This document shows positions 1-13,391 of a stretch of DNA of 64,000 nt, one piece after another. Numbering within the stretch: the stretch's first letter is position 1; the number at the start of each line of letters is the position of its first letter. The stretch lies in the NCBI RefSeq assembly GCF_009914755.1, contig NC_060946.1; one strand, 5' to 3'. The DNA comes from the human T2T-CHM13v2.0 reference genome, Homo sapiens. Below the pieces are notes generated by a model. That model saw nothing but the letters and a program-made list of their open reading frames with translations, ran no database searches and was not told where the DNA came from. Made by a program: the position numbers and the translations under genes.

Positions 1-913
1 AAGGGACTTGCCCAGGGCCCCACTCCCAGGCATAGAAAGGGAGGGACTTAGGATTCAAGCCTGTCTACACCAGGGGTTCCCACCCTGAACCTCCTTCTCC
101 TGGGAATCCCCAGACAAGCCCCATCACTGTTAGTTAACCCATACCTTTTCAGGGCTCTGGTGTGACTGGATATTATCTGATGTTTCCATGCAAGAACAAA
201 GAAGTAAGGGGTATGTCTGCCATCGGAGGTCTGTGACTTCCAAATTCAGGGGAAAATGCCCTTTTGCTCTCAGAGTCCTTGACTAACCTGCTTTTAATTC
301 CCCTGGACCATGCACATCTTTGTCCAGGTGCTGTTAGGAGTCCTTTCCCTTTAGGGATGGTGGATCCCTGAGGTCCCCAGAGCTACCTGACAGCCACAGG
401 GCCAGCCTACCTGAGGCCTGGGGCCCAGCGTGGGTTCCCTAATTATTGCTGAAAACCATCTCTCGCCTGTCAACATTCTATAAATAGGGACCTGGAGGAA
501 GAATAAAAAATACCACCGGCTCTTTTCCCCAGTGGGGGTGGGTTGAGTTAAAAAGCCTCTGAAATAGCAGCATCAATGGCGTAGGAAAGCTGGAGGGAGT
601 TGGGAGAGCTGAGAGGTCACCTGGGACTGTTTTCATCCCTCAGAGGACCTGCCTGTGGGCCATGAGGATGATGGTGGTTTCCCCAAGGCCACACAGCATG
701 GCCCTGTCTGATTCCTATTCCCCCAGGGACATGGTGTAGGAACATTTGGGATTGGGGAAGACTGGGCCTGGTGATCCCCAACCTGTGCTTCCTCCAGGTT
801 TCCTTTGAACATGGCCATCTCTGGCTTTGTCACCTGTGCAGGTTACTTCCCCTTCCCTGGGCCTCAGATTCTGTGTCCCTAAAACAAGGTCCTTGCCAGC
901 TCCAAGTCACTCA

Positions 914-1236
<323 letters not shown>

Positions 1237-2377
1237 CAACAACAAGCTGGATTAATGCTGAATACCATCTTTTGTCAGTGGCAGTGTGCATGAGTGTGCA
1301 CATGTGTCTGTATGAATGCAGTTCTCTTTAAAACTCAGTGACACGCTCAGGAAATTACCTGTGCAGAGAGTCAACTTATTACTAGTTAGAAGGCCCTTTG
1401 AGGGCAGAGTTTATAGAATCTCATAGTAACACTATACAATAATAATAATATAAGTTCTAGTCATGGCTACCATGTATGGCCTCAGAGAGGTTTATCGAGT
1501 TGCCCAAAGTCACACGGCTGGTGGGCAGCAGAACCAAGACCCAACCCAGGTCTGTCTGACCTCAGACCAGTTTTAACACCTGGACTTCCATATCAAGTAG
1601 GCTTTGTAGGATAAGTCGCTCAAACAAATCCCTTACCTGCACTTCTTTTGTTTTTTGTTTTGAAAGGCAGCACCCTGCTTTTCCTAGCCTTGCCCCCAGG
1701 CCTCACCAACAGAGTACTGACATGTTATTTATCATGAAAACATCTGAACAATAGCAGTTCCCAGAGCCAACCTTGCTGCCAAGTTGTTACCATGGGAGAT
1801 ATGTAGAATATGTGGGGGCAAGGAAAGAAACTTAGGAAGTGACATTGAGTCTGGGCTGCCTGGCTTTGACTCCCAGCACTGTGGCTTTGTTCCCCAGGGC
1901 AGGTGACTTCCCTTTGAACTTCAGTTTCCCCATCTGAAAAATGGGATACTGGCAATGGATAATGTTCCCCCCACTCCTCCAATGGGAGCAAAATATTTGA
2001 AGCCCTTGGTGTTCACATTTGGAGATCATATTTATTAATGCACTCACCAAAGGATCTTGCATGTAGACAGTCAGTGCCCAATCAGTGTTTAAAAACAAAA
2101 TAGAGGAGAGCAGAGTACAGTGGGGACTGTTTGGGAACCCAGGAGCTAGTTGAGCTGGGCAGACCTCAGCCCTGGTCTCCTGCCCCTTTCATCTCCCCTG
2201 GAGCTTTGACTTATCTTCCATCCTGCAGGGTTGGAGCAAACCTAACACTTTGTGTGCCTAATCCATGTGTGTGTTTGGGAAGCTCCAGGTTTAAGAGCAG
2301 ATGAGGGCAATATGATTTAGGGAAATGAGAGAGGGAGGGAGGGTGAGGGATGCTCCACCCCCTTCCTTGCTCCTTGA

Positions 2378-2763
<386 letters not shown>

Positions 2764-3443
2764 CCATGCAGCATTTTATAACAATACCCCCACCTCCAGT
2801 CCTTTGCCCTGGCCATGCCCTCCCCCTGGGATGCCTTCCTCCTGGAGGTCCTCTTGGCTGAGGCCCTCATCTCTTTGCTCAAATGTTACCTTTTCACAGG
2901 GACTTCCCCTGACAGCCAGCCCTATTTAAAATCATAACATTCCCTCCTCTCCCACTCTTCAGCCCCTCTTTCCCTGCCTCATTTTTCTCCACAGCAGGTA
3001 TCACCTTGCAGTGTCATTTGTGATCTGCTCTGTTCTGTGAAAGAGGGGAAGAAGAAGGGAGGGCTGGCAGGTGGGCTTCCTGTGTGCTAGGAGCTCTCAT
3101 TCACTATTGCATTTAGTCTGTAACAACTCGAAGAGGCGAGCTCTGTTTTTCCATTTTTGTAGATGAAGACATTGACACTTGGCATCTTGGTACCTTTATA
3201 TTATCTGGATTCTAGGATCTGTCCTTCCTCCTTTCCTTTCCTCCCTTCCCCTCCCTCCCTCCCTCCCTACCTCACTCTCTCCCTTTCTTTCCCTTGCTAC
3301 CTCTCTCCCTCCCTCTCTCTTCTCTCTTTTTTTTTCTCCTCTCTTTCTTTATAAATTCATTAAACACATTGTGCCAGCTTTGGCCCTGGGAAGAAGGAGG
3401 TAAGCCTAGTGTGGTCCCGGCACTCCCTCAGAGGCCAGCCCTG

Positions 3444-3623
3444 CCTCAGTCCCAGCCCTTTCTCAGTCCCAGCACCCCCCTCAGTCCCAGCCCTTTCTCA
3501 GTCCTGGCACCCCCCTCAGTCCCAGCCCTCCCACAGTCCCAGCCCTCCCTCAGTCCCAGCCCTCCCTCAGTCCCAACCCTTCCTCAGTCCCAGCCCTCCC
3601 ACAGTCCCAGCGCTCCCTCAGTC
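3444..3623. repeat. Minisatellite, ~17-bp unit TCAGTCCCAGCCCTCCC, about 10 copies
   Basis: Directly visible tandem units with small variants. Confidence 0.9.
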
Positions 3624-6071
3624 TTAGAGTGGGGATGGGCAAAGCTGGCACAAGCCCCTGCTGTCCAGGGTGCTAAGTGGTCTCAGAGAGTTATGAGTAA
3701 GGAGAGTGTGCTCCCTGGGCTGTAGAGAGTAGGAGCCCCCAGCAGTTGGAGGCAAGGAAGGGCAGTCCATGCAGGAAGTTCACAGCAGTGGGCAACTGTA
3801 GGGCTTATCAGGGAACAGCACTCTGTCCTTTCTCGCTGAAGCAGGACATGAGTAGGGAGGAGCATCTTGTGATGGGCCTGGTGCAGAGCCAAGGAGCTTG
3901 AACTTTATCCAACTGGCACCACGAGGGACGTCAGCCTGGGAGCTTCCAGCTCACCTGGAATTTTTGCCCTTCAGAGCCTTGCAAAGGCTTGGGATGTTAG
4001 AAGGGCTCAGCTGAGGTTTCTCACCCAGGATTCTCCTGCCCTGACCTTGAGTCTTATTTGCATCTCGCTCCCGTAAGTGCTCTGGTCTACCCTTCAGAGA
4101 ATGAACAGTGTTTACTGCAAGGGCTTTATTTTCCAGAAGCGGAGGGTAGTCACTGCTGCAATGATTCTTACAGTTCCTATAAATTTCACCAGCTCCTCTG
4201 ACTGGGCTGATCTATACCAAGAGTTCTGAAAAGAGCGAATTCCGAAAAGCTCCTTGTATCATCCTGCCTCTTGGGCTTGGTGTCTCCTGCTGGTTTCAAA
4301 GAGACACAGAACTATGATTCTGACTCTTACGAGCACCGTAACAATCACAATCATTTCCTGAGCACCTACTATTGCCAGGCACAGCCCTTAGCACTTCTCA
4401 TAGATCATGAGCTCATCCAGTGCTCACCTCGACTCTGGACATTGGAGCTGAGGCTCAGAGAGGTGTGGTGACTTGCCCAAGGCTGCACAGCTTCTAGGTG
4501 CCTGGGAACCAGGATTGGAGCCTGGGTCTGCCTAGCTCCAAGGCGCCTGCTGACCTGGGGTTCCTCTTCCCTGAATCCTCGTGACCTTCATGGTCTGCAT
4601 CTGACGTCCTGGCCCCTCAGGGGACTGAGACCACCTCTTTTCTTCTTCACTCCTTCAGGAATTCATTGGAGATAGAGAGAAATTTCAGGGAGGAGGAGAG
4701 TGGAAGATTTGATTTTCTGGGGTGCTGATCACCATCCCTGGCTTGAATCCTTTTCCCTCCCCTTCCCTAGAGCTCTCCTTCCTGCCCTGTCCCTGGTGCC
4801 CCAAGCATCTTGCCTCCTCCCTTCTCTGAGCCCTTCCTCCTTGCCCCTCCCCAAGATTGGACCCTGGAAGACCCCCCACTTTTATTTGCCTTAAATGCAT
4901 TTGCTTCTCTTTATCGCTTTGCCCTGCCTTGGGTCAGGCCTCTGTGGCCTCTCACCTGGACAGTGGTGGTGGTCTCTCCACTAGTCCCCGGACTCCTCTC
5001 TTGCCCTCTCCAGCCCATCCTACGTACAGCAGGTAGAGTGTTAATCTTGTCCCTTGGAGTGGTAATTCTGTTATATAAGTCGCACATGGTCCCTGTACCT
5101 TTGCCCTAACTGCTCTTTCCCTTCCCTGGCTAATTCTTAGTCTTCATTAAAGACTCAACACAAAAGTCACCACCTCCAGGAAGCCTTCCCTGACCCCCTC
5201 CCCATGCCCTTCGTCTGTGTTGCATCCATTCCATCCACTCCAGCCTCGGCCTTTGCGCTTCCCGTGCCTGGTTGAAATGGTCGGCTTTAATATCCATCTC
5301 CCCAACTTGATTTTAAGCTTCTCCAGGGCAGCTGTCTGAGGCATGTCAGATCCTTAGCATAGTTCTGTCATACAGTAGGTGCTGATGAAGTGCTCAGTGT
5401 CCTGAGCGAGCACCAGACAACCTCTGAGCTCCCTCTCTATCCTGAGTCCTCGATCCCGTGGTTTGTGAGGCAGACGGGCATTGTTTTCCTCTGCTGTTCT
5501 CATCACTGCATGATGATGTTGCAGAGGAGGCCACCTGATGGGAGCAGCCACAGTTGGCCTAAGAGGGTGGCTGCTTTCTGCCTGGCAGCAGAACCCCTGG
5601 ATTCTAGGGATGGACCCCCATTTTACAGAGGGGGAAACTGAGGTCCTGAGAAAGTGACTTACCTGAGGCCATACAGCCAGGGACGCAGGCTCTGTCGGCC
5701 CTCTGAGCCCTTTCCCTGTGCTAAGCCATGGCAGTGGGTGGCAGTCCAGGGCAGTGGAATTTTCAGGAAGGTGCTGCCTGCACTCTTTCGGGCTGCCCCT
5801 GCCTCCCCCGACACCCCAACACCCTTCTCTAAGGCCTAATCTGCCTGCTCCTCACCTGGACTCTACCTCTCGCTCTTCCCTGGCATGGTCTCATAAAATA
5901 CCAAGACTCGGGAAATAGAACTCGGGCGTAGCTGGATGCCAGGCAGAGTGAGCCGGTCTGTAACCAACACAATGCCAGCTCTCATGGCGGTGGGGAGAAT
6001 ATGCAAATTGGGGGCTGAACAGCACCCCGCTCCTCAAGTCCGTGGGTGGGAAAATCATAATGTGTGCGTAA

Positions 6072-6404
<333 letters not shown>

Positions 6405-6700
6405 CCTTTGCTTATTTTAAAAGAATTACTCAAGCAAACCATGCCCATTGTAGAAAAATAAGTTTATAGAGAGAAACAAGAACAAGGTTATTTAGCATCC
6501 CATCCCCTGGAAATGATCCTTATGACATATCTGTATCCTTTAAGAATTTTTTGCATTTATATATGCAACATATATACATATATGCATATATAATAAATAT
6601 ATAAATAAATATATATGTATACATATATTTTTGTTTATATACACATATGTATATATAGACAGATCAACAAAGTCCAGTTATACAACATCAACATGAACTC

Positions 6701-7272
6701 TTTTTTTTTTTTTTTTTTTTGAGACGGAATCTCACTCTGTCACCCAGGCTGGTGGAGTGCAGTGGTGCAATCTAAGGTCACTGCAACTTCTGCCTGGGTT
6801 CAAGCGATTCTCATGCCGCAGCCTCTCCAGTAGCTGGGACTACAGGTGTAGTCCACCACACCTGGCTAATTTTTGTATTTTTAGTAGAAATAGGTTTCAC
6901 CATGTTGGCCAGGCTACTCTCCAACTCCTGGTTTCAAGGGATCTTCCCGCCTTGGCCTCCCCGGCCTCCCAAAGTGCTGGGATTACAGGTGTGAGCCACC
7001 GCACATGGCCAACTCTTTTTTTCTTTTTGAGACAGGTCTTGCTCTGTTGCCCGGGCAGGAGTGTGGTGGTGCTATCTTGACTCACTACAGCCTCTGCCTT
7101 TCAGGTTCAAGCAGTTCTGGTGCTTCAGCCTCCCGAGAAGCTGGGACTACAGGTGTGAGCCACCACGCCCGGCTAGTTTTTGTATTTTTATTAGAGACTG
7201 GGTTTTGTTATGTTGGCCAGGCCGCTCCTGAACTCCTGGCCTTAAGTGATCCGCCCGCCTAAGCCTCCCAAT
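6701..7272 (-). mobile_element. Two tandem reverse Alus (6701-7010 and ~7016-7272)
   Basis: Two consecutive reverse Alu consensus matches, each led by a T tract. Confidence 0.85.
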
Positions 7273-7907
7273 GACATGGATTCTTTTGTAGCTAGTGTCC
7301 GTTCATTTTCCCTGCTTTGACTGACTTCCTGTGTCAGTGAATATAGACCAGCAGCCTCATTTTCAGTAGCTGCGCTATATTCTATTTTTCAGGTTACGCC
7401 CACTTTATTTCGTCAGGCCCTGAATGATTTTTGGATACTTAGATTGCTTCCAGTTTTTCTGTCTTATAAATAATGCTGCAGTGAACATTACTGAGTATTC
7501 ATTCTCACACACCTGCATAATCAGAACAACTTTTAGCAGTAGAGTGACTGGGACCCAGGCCAAGCCCATATGCAGTTTTAAGGCTGTGCTGCACATTGCT
7601 GAGTGGGTTTAAAAGTCCATTTTCATGGCCATTTACATGTGTGTGTGAGGTGATTAAATCACTCCCATGTCAGCTAAACCTTGCTGTGAGCACATGTGTA
7701 CACACAAACACAATGCATGCAGGCACACAGACACATGCATGTACAGAGGAACATACACTGACTAGTTGCCTAATTTCTCTGAGCTTCAGTTTTCTCCTGT
7801 ATAAATGCCACACCAGGTTTGCAGTCCCCAATCCACCCTTCTGAAATTCAAAAAGCTCTCATTTGAGCAAAACTTGCCCCTGTACCAATGCACCTGGGTG
7901 AGTTGGT

Positions 7908-8377
<470 letters not shown>

Positions 8378-8552
8378 TAGTATAGTATATCAATAGTATA
8401 TCTGTACTGCCACAGATAAATTGTATATCTGTATATGTACCATATGCATATCTGTGCATTATACATTGAAAGATATTTTTCCCACACATCCCCCAAGAAA
8501 CAATTTTCCCCGCTTGGGGATAATACCACTCCTGTTGAGACTGCACCAACTA

Positions 8553-8735
8553 GACCAGTAGTTCTCAACCTGGTGTGACTTTGCCCCCAGAACATTTGGC
8601 CTTGTCTGGAGACATTTTTGGTTGTTGTGATGGAATGGGGTGCTACTGACATTGGTGGCTGGAGTCCAGGGATCCCACATTGCACAGGACGGCCCCCACC
8701 ACATGTCCGTAGTGCCATGGTTGGGAAACCCCATC
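8553..8735. mobile_element. MER20-like hAT DNA transposon relic
   Basis: cagtagttctcaacc...tgtctggagacatttttggttgt...gttgggaaaccc pattern. Confidence 0.6.
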
Positions 8736-10609
8736 CTAGACCTCACTGGGGGAATCTCACAATATGCAATATACCCATGCATTGCCTTCCTAAAACCTGA
8801 AAAGTCCTGAGTTGGAAACATACCTGGCCCCTGGGTTTGAGATTGGGGCTGGTGGAGCTGTGACAGTAGAACCCGCCTCACGGTGTTGGTGAGAGGCCCC
8901 TTTGGGGGCTGGCATAGTCAAATGCATTGCTGGGCACCTGCCCCACAGTGTGTGCTCGCCCAGGAAGAACCCAAACGCCTAGAGTCCTGGGCACTCGGAT
9001 GTTGCCCTACATTGAGAAATGGGCCCTTCTGCCACAGAGCATCCTGGCTGCAGCATCCCAGAGGCCTTTGGGAGCCTTGACGAATCAGAGAAGTGCAGTC
9101 CCTGCCCAAGGCTGCACAAGCTTCTAAGTGCTGGGGAGCCAGGATTGGAGCCCGGGTCTGCCTCACCCCAAGGCGCCTGCTAACCTGGTGTCTCTTCCAT
9201 GAATCCTGTGACCTTCAAGGTCTGCAGCTGACATCCTAGCACCTCAGGGCCAAGAGACTACTTCTTTTCTTCGCTGCTTCAGGCATTCTTGGGAGGTACA
9301 GAGAGGTATCAGGGAGGAGGACAGTCTAGGTGTGACTTCTCAGTCAGCCAAGTAAGGTCCGGCTCCAAGGATGTCCAGGGTTTCCCTACGTGCCCGAAAG
9401 CCTGCCTATGCAGTGGGTTTGTTGTTTTATTTGGGGGCTTTGATCCAGGCACTGTGTCTGCCTGAACTGGCCTCTGGGTTCTCCACATGCACCAGCTTTG
9501 CAGCCAGCTGATAAGCTGCCTTCAACGGCCCTAGTCCCTGTCTGTGTCTCAGGGCTCACAGTTGTGGCTTCCAGAGAGCTCACCAGATTGCTCTGATCAA
9601 CTTAGGACCTAACACCCATATGATGCGCAGATAATCACTTGCTCATTCCTCCTCAGGACAGACAGGAACCACTGCAGGAGCTCGTTCTGTCCTGACTTGG
9701 GCATTGTTAAGGGTTGGCCAAAGATATACCATCCACTTGGGTGTTTTCCAGGGCCTCTGGCTTACCATGGGGTGGATTGGGAAATGGGGTGGGTGGAGCT
9801 AGCTGTGAGTTAGAACAGACAGCACTCTAGGCCTGGGCAGAGTCTTTGAACAAAGCCACAGGCTGGGCTGAGCACCAGAAGGAAACAGAGCCCTTGGCTC
9901 TGTCTCAGGCAATGGAATGTCAGCCCGACTGGTTTTCCCCCTTTCCCTGGGGTGGGGTGTTCATCAACAAAGGACTCTCCTTGCTGGTTGACAGCCTGAG
10001 GTTCCAGGCACCCCCTCAGCCCCACTGCGAGGTCCCCAACTCCAGAGGAAGAGAGACTCCATTCATGCTGAGCTTCCTATAGGCCCCAGCTCTGCCAGGC
10101 CAGCCATGCAAGGCTGCTCTGCAGGGCAGATGAGAGGGGGCTGTCCAGGCACACAAAATAGTAGGCTCTTAATAGATACGATGCTTAACTTCCCCAGGCT
10201 GTTCCTTCTGGCTGCTTTGCCTTCCCTGATATCCCCACCTGTCTTGTCACACCCTCCTCAGAGCCCTCTGTCACCTGCCACTCAGGCCTTCTGCGCCCTC
10301 TCCCCCACTCTGTCTGAGGCCCAGGGGACCTTGGATACTTGGGATAGGAAACTTTGATTAATCAGCGGACCTCAATTTGAGATGGCATTTTCTGCCCCTT
10401 GCTCTTTTTAAACCTATTCATAATAATTTTAGCATCTTTCCACATCAGCCCTTCAATTTCTACCTTCTGAAGAGGCAGTCATTGTTTTGAATGGAGACAC
10501 CATGTTAATTCCCTTGCACTGATAAGCTATAGTTTAGGTATCAGGTGCTCTTGTGGAAGGGCAGTTGGGTTGTGTGTTTGCTGTTACCAAAAACAGTGCT
10601 GCTGGGACC

Positions 10610-12005
10610 ATTCATTTGTGTGTGCATTTGTGTGTGTATTATATATGTTTTGTGTGTATGTGTATTTGTGTCTGTTTCTATGTATTTGTGTATGTGTGTG
10701 TGGGGGGGTTTTTGTAGGTATGCATTTGTGTATATTTGTGTGTATGCAGCTGTGTGTGTGTGTGTATTGGGTGCATGTATTTATATGTGTTTTTGTGTTG
10801 TCTATTTTTTGTGTATGTGTGTGCATTGGTGTAGATGTTTGTGTGTGTACATTTGTGCATGTGTATGTGCTTGTGTATATTTGTGTTTGTGTGAAAGTGT
10901 TTTTTGTGTATATGCATTTGTGTGTGCATATGTAAGTATTGTGTATGTGTGTATGCATATCTGTGTGTTTATACATGTGGTTATGTGTATATTTTTGTGT
11001 ATGTGCATTTGCATGTGTATATACCTATGTGTGTATTTGTATTTATGTACCTGTGCTTGTGTGTATTTGTATATATGTGTGTTTATGTATATTTTTTCTG
11101 TGTCTATGCATTTGCCTGTATATGTGTGTATTTGTATGTATGCACCTGTACTTGTATTTGTGTATGTGTATGTATATAGTTTTTTTGTGTATATATATTT
11201 ATATAAATATATATAAATACACACATATATATGTATGTGTGTATTTGTGTGTATCTTTTTTGTGCATGTATGTGTGTATGTGCTTTTTTTTTTTTTTTTT
11301 TTTTTTTTTTGAGATGGAGTCTTGCTGTGGCACCCAGGCTGGAGTGCAGTGGCGTGATCTCGGCTCACTGCAAGCTCTCACCTCCTAGGTTCATGCCATT
11401 CTCCTGCCTCAGCCTCCCGAGTAGCTGGGACTACAGGCACCCGCCACCATGCCTGGCTAATATTTTTGTATTTTTTTAGTAGAGATGGGGTTTCACCGTG
11501 TTAGCCAGGATAGTCTTGATCTCCTGACCTCGTGATCCGCCCTCCTCGGCTTCCCAAAGTGCTGGGATTACAGGCATGAGCCACCGTGCCTGGCCTGTAT
11601 GTGCTTTTTATGTATATGTAATTGTGTGCATATATGTGTGTATTTGTGTGTATGCATTTGTGTGTGTTTATATTTTCATGTGTATATGTGTTTGTGTGTA
11701 TATGTGTGCATATGTGTTTGTGTTTTGTGTACATGTTTGTGTGCATTTGTGTGTGTGTGCATGTGTTGTGTTTATATGTATTTGTGTGTATATATGTGTA
11801 TGTGTACATCCGTATGTGTTTTTGTGTCTTTGCATGTGTGTATATATACATATATGTGTGCATCTGCATGTGTTTGTGTATGTGTTTTGTGTATATGTGT
11901 TTGTGTATATACTCATGTATGTCTGCATCTATGTGTATGTGTTTTGTGTATATACATTTGTGTGTATATACATGTATGTGTGGATCTGTGTGTGCGTGCA
12001 TCTGT
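10610..12005. repeat. Long degenerate (TG/TA)-rich simple repeat interrupted by an Alu
   Basis: About 1.1 kb of tgtgtat/tgtgcat variants. Confidence 0.9.
11284..11595 (-). mobile_element. AluY inserted in the TG-rich repeat
   Basis: TSD TGTATGTGCTTTTT at 11275-11288 and 11596-11609. Confidence 0.9.
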
Positions 12006-12847
12006 CTGCTGGATGGACTTCCAGTAGCAGGGATGGTCAAGCCACTTTGTGACATTGGAATGTCATCATTCCCATAGAACACAGCTGAGTTGGTGGCAGT
12101 GTTCTGGCAGGGAGAGAGAGACCAGGCCTTGGGCTGGAGGATTTGGGGTCCTCAGTCAATAGGGAGACACACCCAGCGCCCTGCCTCCTCAACAGGTTTA
12201 CACGTACGCTGCAAGGCTGCAGTTCTGTCACCTGACAAGTTGAGCCCTAGCCTGAAATAAACTGTGAGAGAGATGTTTTGACATGTGATGTTTCAAAAAA
12301 AGAAGTCAAATTGGGCTTAGTCTGTTTTAAGAATCCCTCCAAGAGGAGCCAAGTTGGGATCAGTGGGAGCAGATTCCATTAAAAGGAGATGCTGGGAAAC
12401 GTAAAAGAATTATATACTTACATATAATTATACATTTTCAAAATGTACTTTTTATATCACTAGCCACAAATGTTACAAAATACAAAAAGAGGTAGAATAA
12501 AAAAAAGTCATCTCTCCTCGTCCTCTAGTCACGCAATTCCTCTCCTAGAGACAAGTATGATTGCAGTTTTCTTGTGTCCTTAGGTATTCTGTGCGTTTTG
12601 GTCTTTACTTTTTTCCCCCTCACGAATGGCAGGGTCTGCCACCTGTTACTTTGCACCTTGCTTTACTCACTAGACAGTGAATCTTGGAGGTCGTTCCATG
12701 TCAGTAAACTTATGTCTGCCTCATTCTTTTTAACTATTCTTTCTAACAATTAAATAGAGTTCTACATTATAATTGTTCTATACTTTAGGTTAAATACATT
12801 TTTTAAAACTCCAGATTCTCTTTTCCCTTGACTCATCGTAACCTTAG

Positions 12848-13391
<544 letters not shown>

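Noticed and set aside
3294-3725. Pro/Ser-rich ORF, and the minisatellite as a possible CRISPR-like array
   Set aside because: Units are head-to-tail without unique spacers, in eukaryotic DNA; the ORF is just the repeat translation.
10545-12082. Many overlapping Cys/Val/Tyr- or His/Thr-rich ORFs
   Set aside because: Translations of the (TG/TA)n simple repeat.
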